A DNA stretch of 64,000 bases from Curvularia clavata (taxonomy: Eukaryota). This document shows positions 14,284 through 24,420 of the stretch, one piece after another (the first letter of the stretch is position 1; every line of letters starts with the position of its first letter). Below the pieces are notes generated by a model, which saw only the letters and a list, made by a program, of their open reading frames with translations, was not told where the DNA came from and searched no databases. The stretch covers positions 5,580,001 to 5,644,000 of the forward strand of contig CP089274.1 of assembly GCA_023920165.1 (NCBI GenBank), read 5' to 3'. The translations under genes were made by a program, and so were the position numbers.

Positions 14284-15116
14284 ACCACGGAACCCCCGTC
14301 CCATCACATTCCAGAACGCCTGCACGGGGCATCTAGACTGTTGCATGGTCGGATATGGTTTTTCACTTCTTACGTATTGGCTTTGAGCGAGCAAGTACAT
14401 CGACGGCCTTTGCGCTGCACTGCCTGTTCTCGAAAACCGCTGTTATTCCGCTGCCCCGCCACAGGCAGAGAAGAACCCCGCCAAGTCTGTTCCTGCATCA
14501 CGCCGACGTCGGCGCGACGCGCCATATGCTATACGATTATTCCACCCATTGGTTTTGGTGCGATTGGTTTGCGTCTGTTTATCCTGCGGTAATCCGTTAT
14601 AACAACTTTGCTCATGATAATGAGCAAATTACTTTTAAAAAAAATCACTCATGGACGGTGAGGAGAGACGGGGCCAGCTACACGTTGCCCATGCTGAAGA
14701 AATCCACGGCATCTGGATCGAATTGACCCTTGGTATCGAGCGAAGCCATTTTCTTGGATTTCAGTCATGTGTGCCGAGTCACAAAAGTTGGAACAATTTC
14801 AAGGTAGTCAACTCACAGATACACGGCTTTTGTTTCGACTACTGTGTATAGTACAACGTGCGAGGACATAGGTAGCGAAGACATTTATATATTCAGGATA
14901 AGAAGGAACCAGATTCTGAACTGACACTAGGTAACATACGTAGGAGACAGAGCTAATTACAGAGGGATTCGGCAGAAAAGGAAAGAAGAAAAGAGAAGAG
15001 TAAAGAGAACACAAGAAAGTGAAAGCACAGGTCATGAAAAGAGAGGAGAGGGAAATATAGTTAAATAAGCCTTCGCAGATGGCTCGTCAATCGACAGCCA
15101 CGAAGCTCAGGTTCTA

Positions 15117-16000
15117 TCAAAACGCCGTAGGGTTTTGTTCCAGGGCAGCAGTGGCGTTTTGTTCCCAGAGAGCAGTGGCTTTCAGTTCCAGGGCGGCACC
15201 GGCACTTTGAACGCCAACGAGAAATTGCTCAATCATTCCCAAGGCATTCCTATTCCGAAGAACGTTTTGGCCCGCGATCGATACAGTCTCCCAGCACTCC
15301 AGCTCCATAGCATGCTCACAACTAATTTCACCAGTGGTCGTATTGACCCACTCTGTGGAATGGATGGCCTTGATACGGGTGTCGACGAGCCAAGGCTGGA
15401 GGCCGTTTGATGGATGAATGAAGAGCTGTGGCTGGTGTATCTCGTTCAGAGGATCCCATACAAAGTACATGCATTTCCAGCCGACAGCGACGATCAAAAA
15501 CAAAACCTGATCAGTATATTTTGCAGAAAGACTAGAGACGAACTCAGCCAAGACCTCTCTCCAGCCAGAAGGGGTATCGAAATTCGCCCATTTGCATTTG
15601 ATGCAAAGGTAGGTGTTCCCCAATACAGGTATATCATTAGGACGAATTGGTAAACACTTGGCTGCAATATGGTCTGGCCATTTATAGAAAGGAGCTCTGG
15701 GAGATAGGCGGGTCTCAACCCAAAAATGCCACCTTGGACCGTTGGGTGTTACCGCGGATATGGGAAAGTACAGGCCGCATATGTCTCTCCACCCAGCCCA
15801 GATAAGGTATTCGTACTCCTCGTCGTGTGCCGTGGAGTGGATTTTCTTCATCAGGCAATAGCATGAGGTATCCGGATCCCAGAAATGATATCTTATTCCG
15901 GGAATACCTGGCTCTGCGTGAGGTTGCAGAGTTTGCCTGGATGATATTGATCAGACTAGTTAACATGAAGGTAAACGGGTAGATCTACTTACTGTGCCAT
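15117..16000 (-). CDS. Uncharacterised ~275-aa PD-(D/E)xK-nuclease-like protein, paralogue A (ExK changed to KxK); micro-exon 16000-15993, intron 15992-15937
   Basis: ATGGCACA|gtaagt...ctgat...cag splices in frame into ORF 15117-15851. Aligns with the 17299-18155 gene (DICGxYF, PD, GW, FLIxAVGxKCMxFVWDPLN, QPQLFI, TTGEI, AMELEC). Confidence 0.75.
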
Positions 16001-17298
16001 TTGTAGATTAGGTTCGTGGGATTTGAGCAAACCGTTGGCGCGCGGAGACCCAGGGCAAAACCAAAGTTGAATTTATCTTGTTGCCGTGATCTGGTTTTGG
16101 TCTTGGTTTTGGTCGCCCAATACAGTAGACTATACAAACGTGGTAGTGCGTCTTGGCATCACGTGATCGGGCATGGCAACCTGGTTCGGCGCAATCTTTA
16201 AGAGATGTGAAGGTTGACAATCTATCTAGTTTCGACATCTCAGTTTCACTGGTTAAACTGGAGCTCAAGAAAGAGAGTTATAGAACAAGGGGAAGAGCGT
16301 AGAGAACAGTGGTCGCGAGAGCTCTGTGGCTGTTCGTTCAAGTGCTTCTCTGGCTGGAGACTGTAGCTCCCCTTCAACATCTGGTCGGTAGACCTTTTTA
16401 CGAAGTCACAAAACCGCGCTTTTACCTAAATTGCTGTGATCCTGCTCCTTCTTAGCGTGACCCTCGCGGTAGTACTCCTACCAACTCTTCTTTGGGCTGG
16501 TTTGGCTCCATCTCAGAGTATATCTTCAACTCAGCGTCCCTCACTTGCTGGCGCTTACTTACACTTGCGCCTTATGTGTAGGTTTGTGGCAATAAACATT
16601 CGGTACTAGAGAGAAAAACGCTCAAGTCGTGATGTTATTCGTATTTTTGTAATGTTTCTAACATGCTTATTTCCTTCATTGTACTTTGGTATCTTCTCTG
16701 TTCCTATACTACCTAACACCTGAGAACAGATTGAATTCCTTCTTGGCAGATAAAGTACTAAGATGTTGCATATTTTCCTCTGATTCGACAAAATCTCGCA
16801 TAAATCCCTCTTCATATGTCTCAGTATATCAAAAAGTAAGTGCTATGTATTTATCCCATGACTCTCGGCCTTGGGAGTTTCCAGAGCCTTTGAAGGTATT
16901 CCCCGGCACTTAGCCTTGTACAGCCTGATGTATCTCTAACAGTAACTGTATATCCATAGTTTGAAGAGCAAATTTATTTAAATAAGAACTCTGCATTTTG
17001 CTATCATCATTGCTAGACTGCATTTCCTTAAGTTGTATGTCGGTGTGTACGAGAGACTTCACGCAGCGCCAGCGAAGGAAGGGCAGAGAAGAGAGTTAGT
17101 TTATTCAAGAGTGGAAAGAGGAAACACTAAGTTAAATACAAGTAATACAAAGCTAATTCAAAAGTCCTTTACCGAGAAACTTGTGGAAAGTAGAGAAAAT
17201 TCAACCCCTAAAGAAAAACAACCAAAGAAGAAGATAAAATCAGGCAGAGGATGGTAGAACTGAAAGGAATACAGGTGACTAGGCCTACTAGGCTAGCC

Positions 17299-18155
17299 TC
17301 AAAAAGTTGGTGGGTTCAATCCCTGAAGAGTAGCATTACGAACACCGTTAAGGAAATTCTCAAGCATGGTTAGGTTGTTGATATTTTGGAGAACATTTTG
17401 TCCCCCAATTTGAACCGTCGTGCGGCATTCCAGCTCCATAGCGTTTCCGCAAACGATCTCTCCAGTAGTTGCATTGATCCAGGCTGTAGGCTGAGCGGGC
17501 TTGATTCGTGCGTCAATGAGCCAGTTCCCAGTTCCGTCTGCTCGAGTAATGAACAGTTGTGGTTGTGCTGGTTGTGCTGGTAGCTGGTTCAGTGGATCCC
17601 AGACGAACCACATGCATTTGTAGCCGACAGCGATAATCAAGAACACCATTCGGTTAGCATGCGCTATAGCCAGACGGTCAATAGACTCATGCAAGACGTC
17701 TTTCCAGCCGTGAGGGTTGTCGTAAGTTGCCTTTTTACACTCCACCCAGAGGTAGTCTCGATAATGGCGGTCGGATGAAGCTTGCCCCGGCTGAGCATGA
17801 GTTACCCTGATTGTAACAATGTCTGGCTTGACTTCTGAAAGCTTTTTTGGCGGCAGGCCTCTATATGCTTCTCGGCGGATGTTCCACCTCACACCACCAC
17901 TACCTGGCGTTTCAAAAGGGTAAAAGTATACCCCGCATATATCCAACCATGTATGAGCTACGATATCTTCGTACTGATAACGGGGACCTCTCTTGTACAT
18001 CTCAAAAATGAGGTCATGGGCCGTACACCAATGTTCCCAGAAATGTTGTGGTGGTTGTACTGCTGGTGGTGCTGGTGGTGCTGCGGGTTGCTGCCTGTAT
18101 ATTGATTAGACTACTTACACAAATGTTAAATGGGTAAGTGTTCTTACTGTGCCAT
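17299..18155 (-). CDS. Uncharacterised ~267-aa PD-(D/E)xK-nuclease-like protein, paralogue B (intact E..PD..ECK); micro-exon 18155-18148, intron 18147-18095
   Basis: Same 8-nt first exon ATGGCACA and phase-2 intron as paralogue A. IRRE...KPDIVTIRV...YLWVECKK fits the restriction-endonuclease-fold motif order. Fold assignment is inference. Confidence 0.75.
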
Positions 18156-18439
18156 GTTGAATGAATTAAATCAGAGATAGATAGGGGAAATATATTATTT
18201 TGTGCGCGGGTGTATAAGAAAACTGTCGGTTTTGGTTGAGAAAGCTGAGCAGATGATGAAGCTCAAAGTATATGATATGGCAGGCTAGTTGATAGATGTG
18301 CCAAAATCTAGGGCAATTGGTTGTTGGTAGCCTTCTTGTAATCTTGTATCTCTATTTTAGTTGCCTGATAAAGTATACTGTGCAAACGGATAGCCACATA
18401 ATCGGTGTAGTAGCGGGATTGAAGAGCGACGATTGGTGA

Positions 18440-19166
18440 ATGCGAGATTCACTGCCGCCTAGGATTGTTTGTATTTGCCTCATATCTGTAAAGGTGCGTT
18501 TGATTAGAGTCGGTGAGTTGCTGCAATGTTATGCTAAGAGCTTTCCTTATGCAATCCATTAAGACCCCCGTTTGCCCCGTGGCCATATTGAGACTACCAT
18601 CCATGCCCTAAAAATCAAATACCCCAGCTCTCTCAGTTACTGTTTTTATCGTCAACCCTCTCCAAGGAGTCGCAATTCAACCCGTTTTCAGATAAGGTCA
18701 GTTTGGTTTTAACTATACTTCTCTCTCGACTGAAAGCTGACATGTGTATACATGAAGTCCTAGCATGCCTCTTCAAGCCCCCGACGGTACTTGGCATCTG
18801 ACGATAGAGGATACTATGATTCAGGCAATCAATGGCCTGCATATCCCGGAACCACTAGCAGCTAGCAAAAGCACATCTACTCAGCGAAGTGGAACGTCAT
18901 CGCAGCAGCCCACAACCCAGCAATTTTCAGCCCCCAACAACCAGCTCGATGTCTTGAAACTTTCAAGCTTAGCTGCTTCCTCGAACTCGTTTCCGCAAGG
19001 CCCCCTGGAGCCAAACCAAGAACCATGGTTCTGAGAAAACCGACAGACGTCGGGTAATGTACCTTATCCGGCATTTATCATAGACCCCAGCCTGAGGGCT
19101 TCGAAGGACTTGTTGATTCAGCAGTTCGTGGAAGCTGTGGATAATGCCAACAATGGCAAAGACTAG
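18440..19166 (+). pseudogene. Possible degenerate spliced gene with an in-frame TGA at 19032-19034
   Basis: Intron-like segments start at ~18513 (gtgagt..gctaag..ag) and ~18696 (gtcagt..gctgac..ag) and join an ATG at 18440 to ORF 18765-19034. The frame continues ~43 codons past the TGA. No family recognised. Confidence 0.25.
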
Positions 19167-19522
19167 CTGTGGCGTTAAATTATTTGTGAGGTCCAGTCGT
19201 AGGAACAGTTATGCAGATAACACACATGTGGATGACGGATGGGAAATCTAGCGGTAGTTTGTGTTCAAGAGAAACACTGTCATTGAACAATCTAAACTAA
19301 AAACTTTCATTATTGCAATTTGCAGCTGCTGAGGCATGTCTGATACAATTGCGAACACCCCATGTAGTCGATGATCCTGATGCCTTTGCCATGGAATGAT
19401 ATTGTATGGGAGACATGTTCTTGTTATGACCGTTGGCAATGTTCTCTGCATGATGCTGTTCTCGAAGTGAAAAAAGTGCTCGAAGTTCCTTGCCTCGTAT
19501 AGCCATAGCATCGACCCGCCTT

Positions 19523-20088
19523 CTAGCATTCAGGTAATGGATCCCAATCTTCGTCGATTCCATGTTCGTTGCGGCGATGAATCATTCGAGCGTCCCAGAC
19601 ATCGAAAACTGCGTCGCACATGCCGCATTCAATGGGCGCCTAAAATGAATTAGCTTCAAGTATATACCAAACAGCGTTCAACTTACTATGTAGCGTTTGT
19701 TCACTTCTTCCGGAAATCGTATATCTCTATCGTAGTTGTACACGATGTACCTTCGGATGTCCGACTTTGCTCCAAGCAAATCGCGCACCTTTTCAAACTC
19801 AGGTGATATTGGCTCTTGGAACACACTATCAATATCCTTCTGAGCGACCACATAGACCCAGTCGCAGCAGACATAGAGATGATGCGAATCGCTAAATCCT
19901 TCCATCTGTGGCACAAAGACCCTGACCTCACAGTCTATACCATGGTCTCTGAAGAGCTTAGCGATAGCTTCATCCTCATCAGGAAAAGGCTGATATCCTC
20001 CAAGACTTGGGAGTCCGTTTGCGACGAGAAAATCGTCGAAAGCTGAGATACTGAACTTGAAGCCCCGAATGAGGGTTATAAAGCCCAT
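19523..20088 (-). CDS. Small (~172 aa) hypothetical protein with a C-terminal C2H2-like zinc finger; intron 19686-19640
   Basis: ORF 19678-20088 splices (gtaagt..gctaat..tag) to an exon absent from the ORF track: APIECGMCDAVFDVWDARMIHRRNEHGIDEDWDPLPEC* (CxxC-x12-Hx4H). Confidence 0.75.
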
Positions 20089-21346
20089 GTTGCTGAGAAC
20101 CGGTGTATTTGTAAGGTTTGTAAGGTGTCGACAAAGGTTTGAGATAGATGCAGTTGAGCTCGCGAGCTTGACTAGGTAGTGGTACAGTTTGGGTCGAAGC
20201 CCTGGTAATGTATTGCTGCCTAGCCTAGCCTAGTCTAGCCTATCCGTATTTGGTAATACTCTCACACTAGCGTCATTGACCTAGTCCGCGACTTTCTAAG
20301 GACATCCACGGACCGCAAACGGATTGGCAGCGTCGACCTACCACGTGCATGAGCTCCAGGAGCCCTCAGTCAATCACCGGATGAATATCTCTAGTGATAC
20401 TCCATGCAGTGAGCTGAGTTTATTCGAATCCTATTTCCCGGAGAGCCTTTTGAATTCATGACCTCCAGTATGTTGATCATGTGCCGGCCATAGCAGATGA
20501 CAGCTCGAACGCCAAACAGAAGCGAAGTTCAGTGTTTGCCCATCAACCGCGAGACAAACCGCGAAATTCGGTAACCTATTATTCAGATTCTCTCTGATTG
20601 CAGGTCCACGCTACTGTTACCAGGTCCGAGATTGTTATGGGAGAACGCACAGCTTGAGCAATCCATATCGATCTCCTGAAAAGTCTCTTGAGTCGTGCCG
20701 TGGCCTTGTTTTCTTTTAGGCCGAAAATGTGCCTCTGGTATGTTCTGACCATCTACACCGCCAAGCACAACTCCTTTCCAATTTGCCATCACTTCGCATA
20801 CAGCCGTGATACCATTGACGTAATAAGTTCGCTATCAGTCAAGCTTTGCCAGACGCTATTTAGAGTCCGATCCAGTAACCCCCGAAGTAACAGATACGAG
20901 CGGTCTTTGTCGGAGACGCGGCATAATAACTTGGATGTATCAAAGCTAGGCTATTTGGGTTAGACACAGCCCAAGGTAACTGATTCTGACGTGCTTCCTT
21001 CCTCGATGTACCTGATTTTGCACAAGACATCACTTCCTATAACCCAAGCTACAGAGGCATCACCAGCCTCATGAGCTCAGCCGATATGAGAGATTTTGGT
21101 CCATGAGGTTGTATAAGACTGAGAAACAATCTTCATTCTGCTGGTGTACTCTTCACCCCACTTGCGCACTATGGAAATCTTTCTGTCATAAGAGCTCTCG
21201 CCATACGAGTGGTATTAGGGTAAGAGAAACAAATATAAGAGAGTAGTATCATCACAATATCATTGACAAAAGCTATGTGTTGCATCGTGATAGCCATCTA
21301 TCTGACCCCCGCAACAACATGCCCAGCTCCACCATTCATGTCCCAT

Positions 21347-24300
21347 CTAACCTTGCCATTTCGTACGCCGCTGTCTGAACATGGACACCATACCAATGGG
21401 CAGCAACCCGGAATCAACAACGTTGAGACCACCGAACATCTCAATCATCTCCGGACCATACATCTGAGCGATCCATTTCCAGTACGCTTCCATACTTTCC
21501 CAATCGGCAAGTACGCCTCGCAGATTGCTCTGGTGCGAGAGTTGCTGTAGCGCTTGCTTGACTGACGTGCTGAGAGTGACATGCTGTACATAAGGCTGTT
21601 TGAGCAATTCCTTGAAGGTTTTTAGCAAGCTTGCTTTTTGGAAACCACCGAATACCTCGCGGTACTTGGAAAACTCTTCGAAAGAGAAGAAGGTATCGGC
21701 GTCTTCGGGTTTCCAATCAGCACTTTGTATGTCTCTCTTCGCGAACAAAGATTTGGCAATGTCATAGTCTTCTCGCTCCTTTTGTTCATACTCGTCAATC
21801 AAGTCGTAAGGGTTTTCTTCGACTGATTCCCGGATCTGCAGAAGATGCACAAATGGTGACTTCAGATCCAGGCCTCCTAATTCGACTGGAAAGAAGAGGA
21901 AGCCATCTGGGACGTCTTTCACAGAGAAACGCTCTTCAATCATTTGCTTGAGATTCTGAACGATACTTCCATCAGGAAAAATGCTCTGCTGAATGTGGCG
22001 GTGCGTAGCAAGCAGCTTGTCGACGTGTTCGCGGCCGAAACAATTGGCAGCTTTCCCGAAATTCGAGCTGAAGAATGTAGCCGCGTATGAATTCTGTTAT
22101 CAGACATCAGTCAGCCGTAAAAGCACATGGTTGGATCTTGTGGCGTACCCAGACTTGAATGTAGTCGATGACGCTCTTCGATTTGCCTTGGAGTTGTGTG
22201 CGGAGCTCTTCTATGTGCCCATCAACCATCTTTTTGTCAATCTCAAACCGGCCACTTTTTGGATCGAGCTGTAAGAAGCCCCATCGGATCTCGCCTGCTG
22301 GAATGCGATCGTCGATAGCCTTCTCGCCCTGGCGTGAGATGCGCACACTACCGGTTTTCTTTGCATCCAGCTAGTATTCTCGTTAGCCGCTATGGCTGGA
22401 TGTTGAGGAACAGTAGCTTACCTTTACTCCCATGATGCTCGTGAATTTGAGAATGCTGGCCCAGGCGCTCACGCAGGTCTCATAGTCCTTACTCCAAAAC
22501 CAGATGTCATCCCCAAGGCGGTATAGGTCTGGTCCGCCGGTAGCCTGATTAACAGCAAAGTCCAGACATAGGAGCACTGCTTCACCCAGTGTGTCGCTCA
22601 GGATGTGAGAATCTGGCATGCCTCGCCGACGCAAACGCGGCTCGGATGATGGATCATCTGTGAACTTCAATGGAGCCTGTAAGTACCTCTCGACAAAGGA
22701 TCTCCATTTCTCTGAGACACCAAGGAAATCCAGAACAGCGGATATGGTCTGGTGCGGTAACAGTTGATTCCAAGAATCAAAGGTCGTGCGGATACAGGTA
22801 ATCTCGCCATGTATCCGAGTATTGAGAATGATTTCGCTGGCAACTAGGTGAAGCAGGTTCTGCTTTGACTCCATGGGTTTCTTGTGCTGATACCGATACA
22901 TTTGGTCGTCCTCATCACCACCTTCTTCCTCGTTAAACCCTTGGCTTATCCCACTGGCCAGGATGGCTGGCTGTTGTATGGCTTCGCTTGACATCAGTGC
23001 GTGCCTTGAACGATGTTTTCCGCCTGGAAAGCCCTTTAACTGTGGCTGGGTTCTGTTTGCGGCAACGTATTCCCCATACTCTGCCTCCTCTTCGCCTTCC
23101 TCGGCTTTAACTTGCTGTGTACCAGAGTCGAGCAATTTGTGCGCAAAATATCTGTGGTGGTGTATGCTTTTGCGCTTCTGCTCTAGACTGGTAGATATTC
23201 TTGTGGCCTTGTCACCCAGGAAATACGAGCGCCGCAAACGGTCAATCTTCGGAACTTCTGTTGAAGAGTTCGTCCAAGCATTGTGTTCATGCAGCTCCAG
23301 AAATGTGGATTTAAAGAAAACAGACCTATTAAGTGGGTATTAGCTCTGTGGATACAATCCGAAAGAAATTGACATACCATCGTACGCCGATGTAATGTAG
23401 AAAAATCGCTTGCAACAGATCTGGATCAAAATGGATGGAGAATTCGCCATTAATCTTCCTACGCTGCTCCACGAGGACCTGTGGTCCCCAGGTCCAACGA
23501 TCGAGAGCTGCCATGCGCATATTGAGAATGTCGCAGAGCTCTGTTAATATTACATCTAATGTAGTTTTTAGTAGAAGGTTTTACATAGGTTCAGGTGTTA
23601 CCAACTGTTGCTGAGAAAGTCTGCAAGTGCTTCACGCTTCTCGTTTGAAAGTAGGTCCGAGGCTCTGAGTCCTTCAATGGTCATACGAAGTGAGAATACG
23701 TCGAAAAGATTCGGGTCATTCAAACTGTTTTGGAAGTCTTTAACCTTCACGCGCAAATTGCCGATTGCCTCGACGTTTTCTTTCTCGCCATTCATGAACA
23801 GACTTTCGAGATACGATCTCACAACGTTCTCATCTACCTCACCAGCCTCGAACACATCCTTCTCCCATGCTGCGCGGTGGGCGAGCTTTTTGGCACCAGG
23901 CACCTCCTCAAAGCTCTCAGCCATCTCAACTTCTCCTTCGTCTGGAGATGCCTTGGATGAAAGCCACTCGGTGACCAGCTTCCCGTAGAGGTCGGCGAAC
24001 TCGAACTTGGTAGACTGAACGGAAAGGTACTGAAGCAGTGTCTTTTCCCAATCCCCAAGAATCTTTCCTGAGACAGAGGGGTCAAAGCGAGCCTGCTCAA
24101 CGAAACGACTCAGATTCTGGAGATCAGTCTCGAGTTGGGCATTGTGAGATCCGCTACTGGTTACTTGAAGAATCCGCCCATTTTTTGCTTTACTGTCTGT
24201 TTGAATACCAAAGGACTCTTTCAGCCCATCGATTAGGAGGCATACACGCTTGAGCGCATCTTTTTCCAAGCTTACAGACCCGAGCAGTTTAGACTTCGAT

Positions 24301-24398
24301 TGTTCAAAGTTTCTACGTTGCTTCGAGAGCTCCTCTAGCTTGGTGTTGGTGATTGTTTGAAGAGTCTCTCCGAAGACACTGCCAGATGAAGTCGACAT
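21347..24398 (-). CDS. rvt: Cellular reverse-transcriptase-related protein (RVT family), ~947 aa; exons 24398-23606, 23555-23378, 23325-22422, 22370-22149, 22093-21347
   Basis: RVT-type N-terminus GSVFGETLQTITNTKLEELSKQR; DLLQAIFLHYIGVRWS; RT motif B RGMPDSHILSDTLGE; motif C YRLGDDIWFW; IRWGFL; FGKAANCFGREHVD; FFPVELGGL; C-terminal FGGLNVVD..LLPIGMV. Four 50-55 nt GT-AG introns give an uninterrupted 2844-nt frame. No LTR, endonuclease or gag seen nearby. Confidence 0.9.
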
Positions 24399-24399
24399 T

Positions 24400-24420
24400 G
24401 AGAGAGAGAGAGAGAGGAGA
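24400..24420. repeat. (GA/TC)n microsatellite abutting the rvt start codon
   Basis: gagagagagagagagaggaga lies immediately 5' of the rvt ATG on the minus strand. Confidence 0.8.

Noticed and set aside
20440..20963. Short plus-strand frames between the zinc-finger gene and rvt
   Set aside because: No clear start, splice model or motif; cannot be supported as a gene.
21347..24398. rvt as a retrotransposon, TERT or pseudogene
   Set aside because: The fragmented ORFs join through four canonical introns into one frame; no gag, integrase, endonuclease, LTR or TERT-specific motifs seen.
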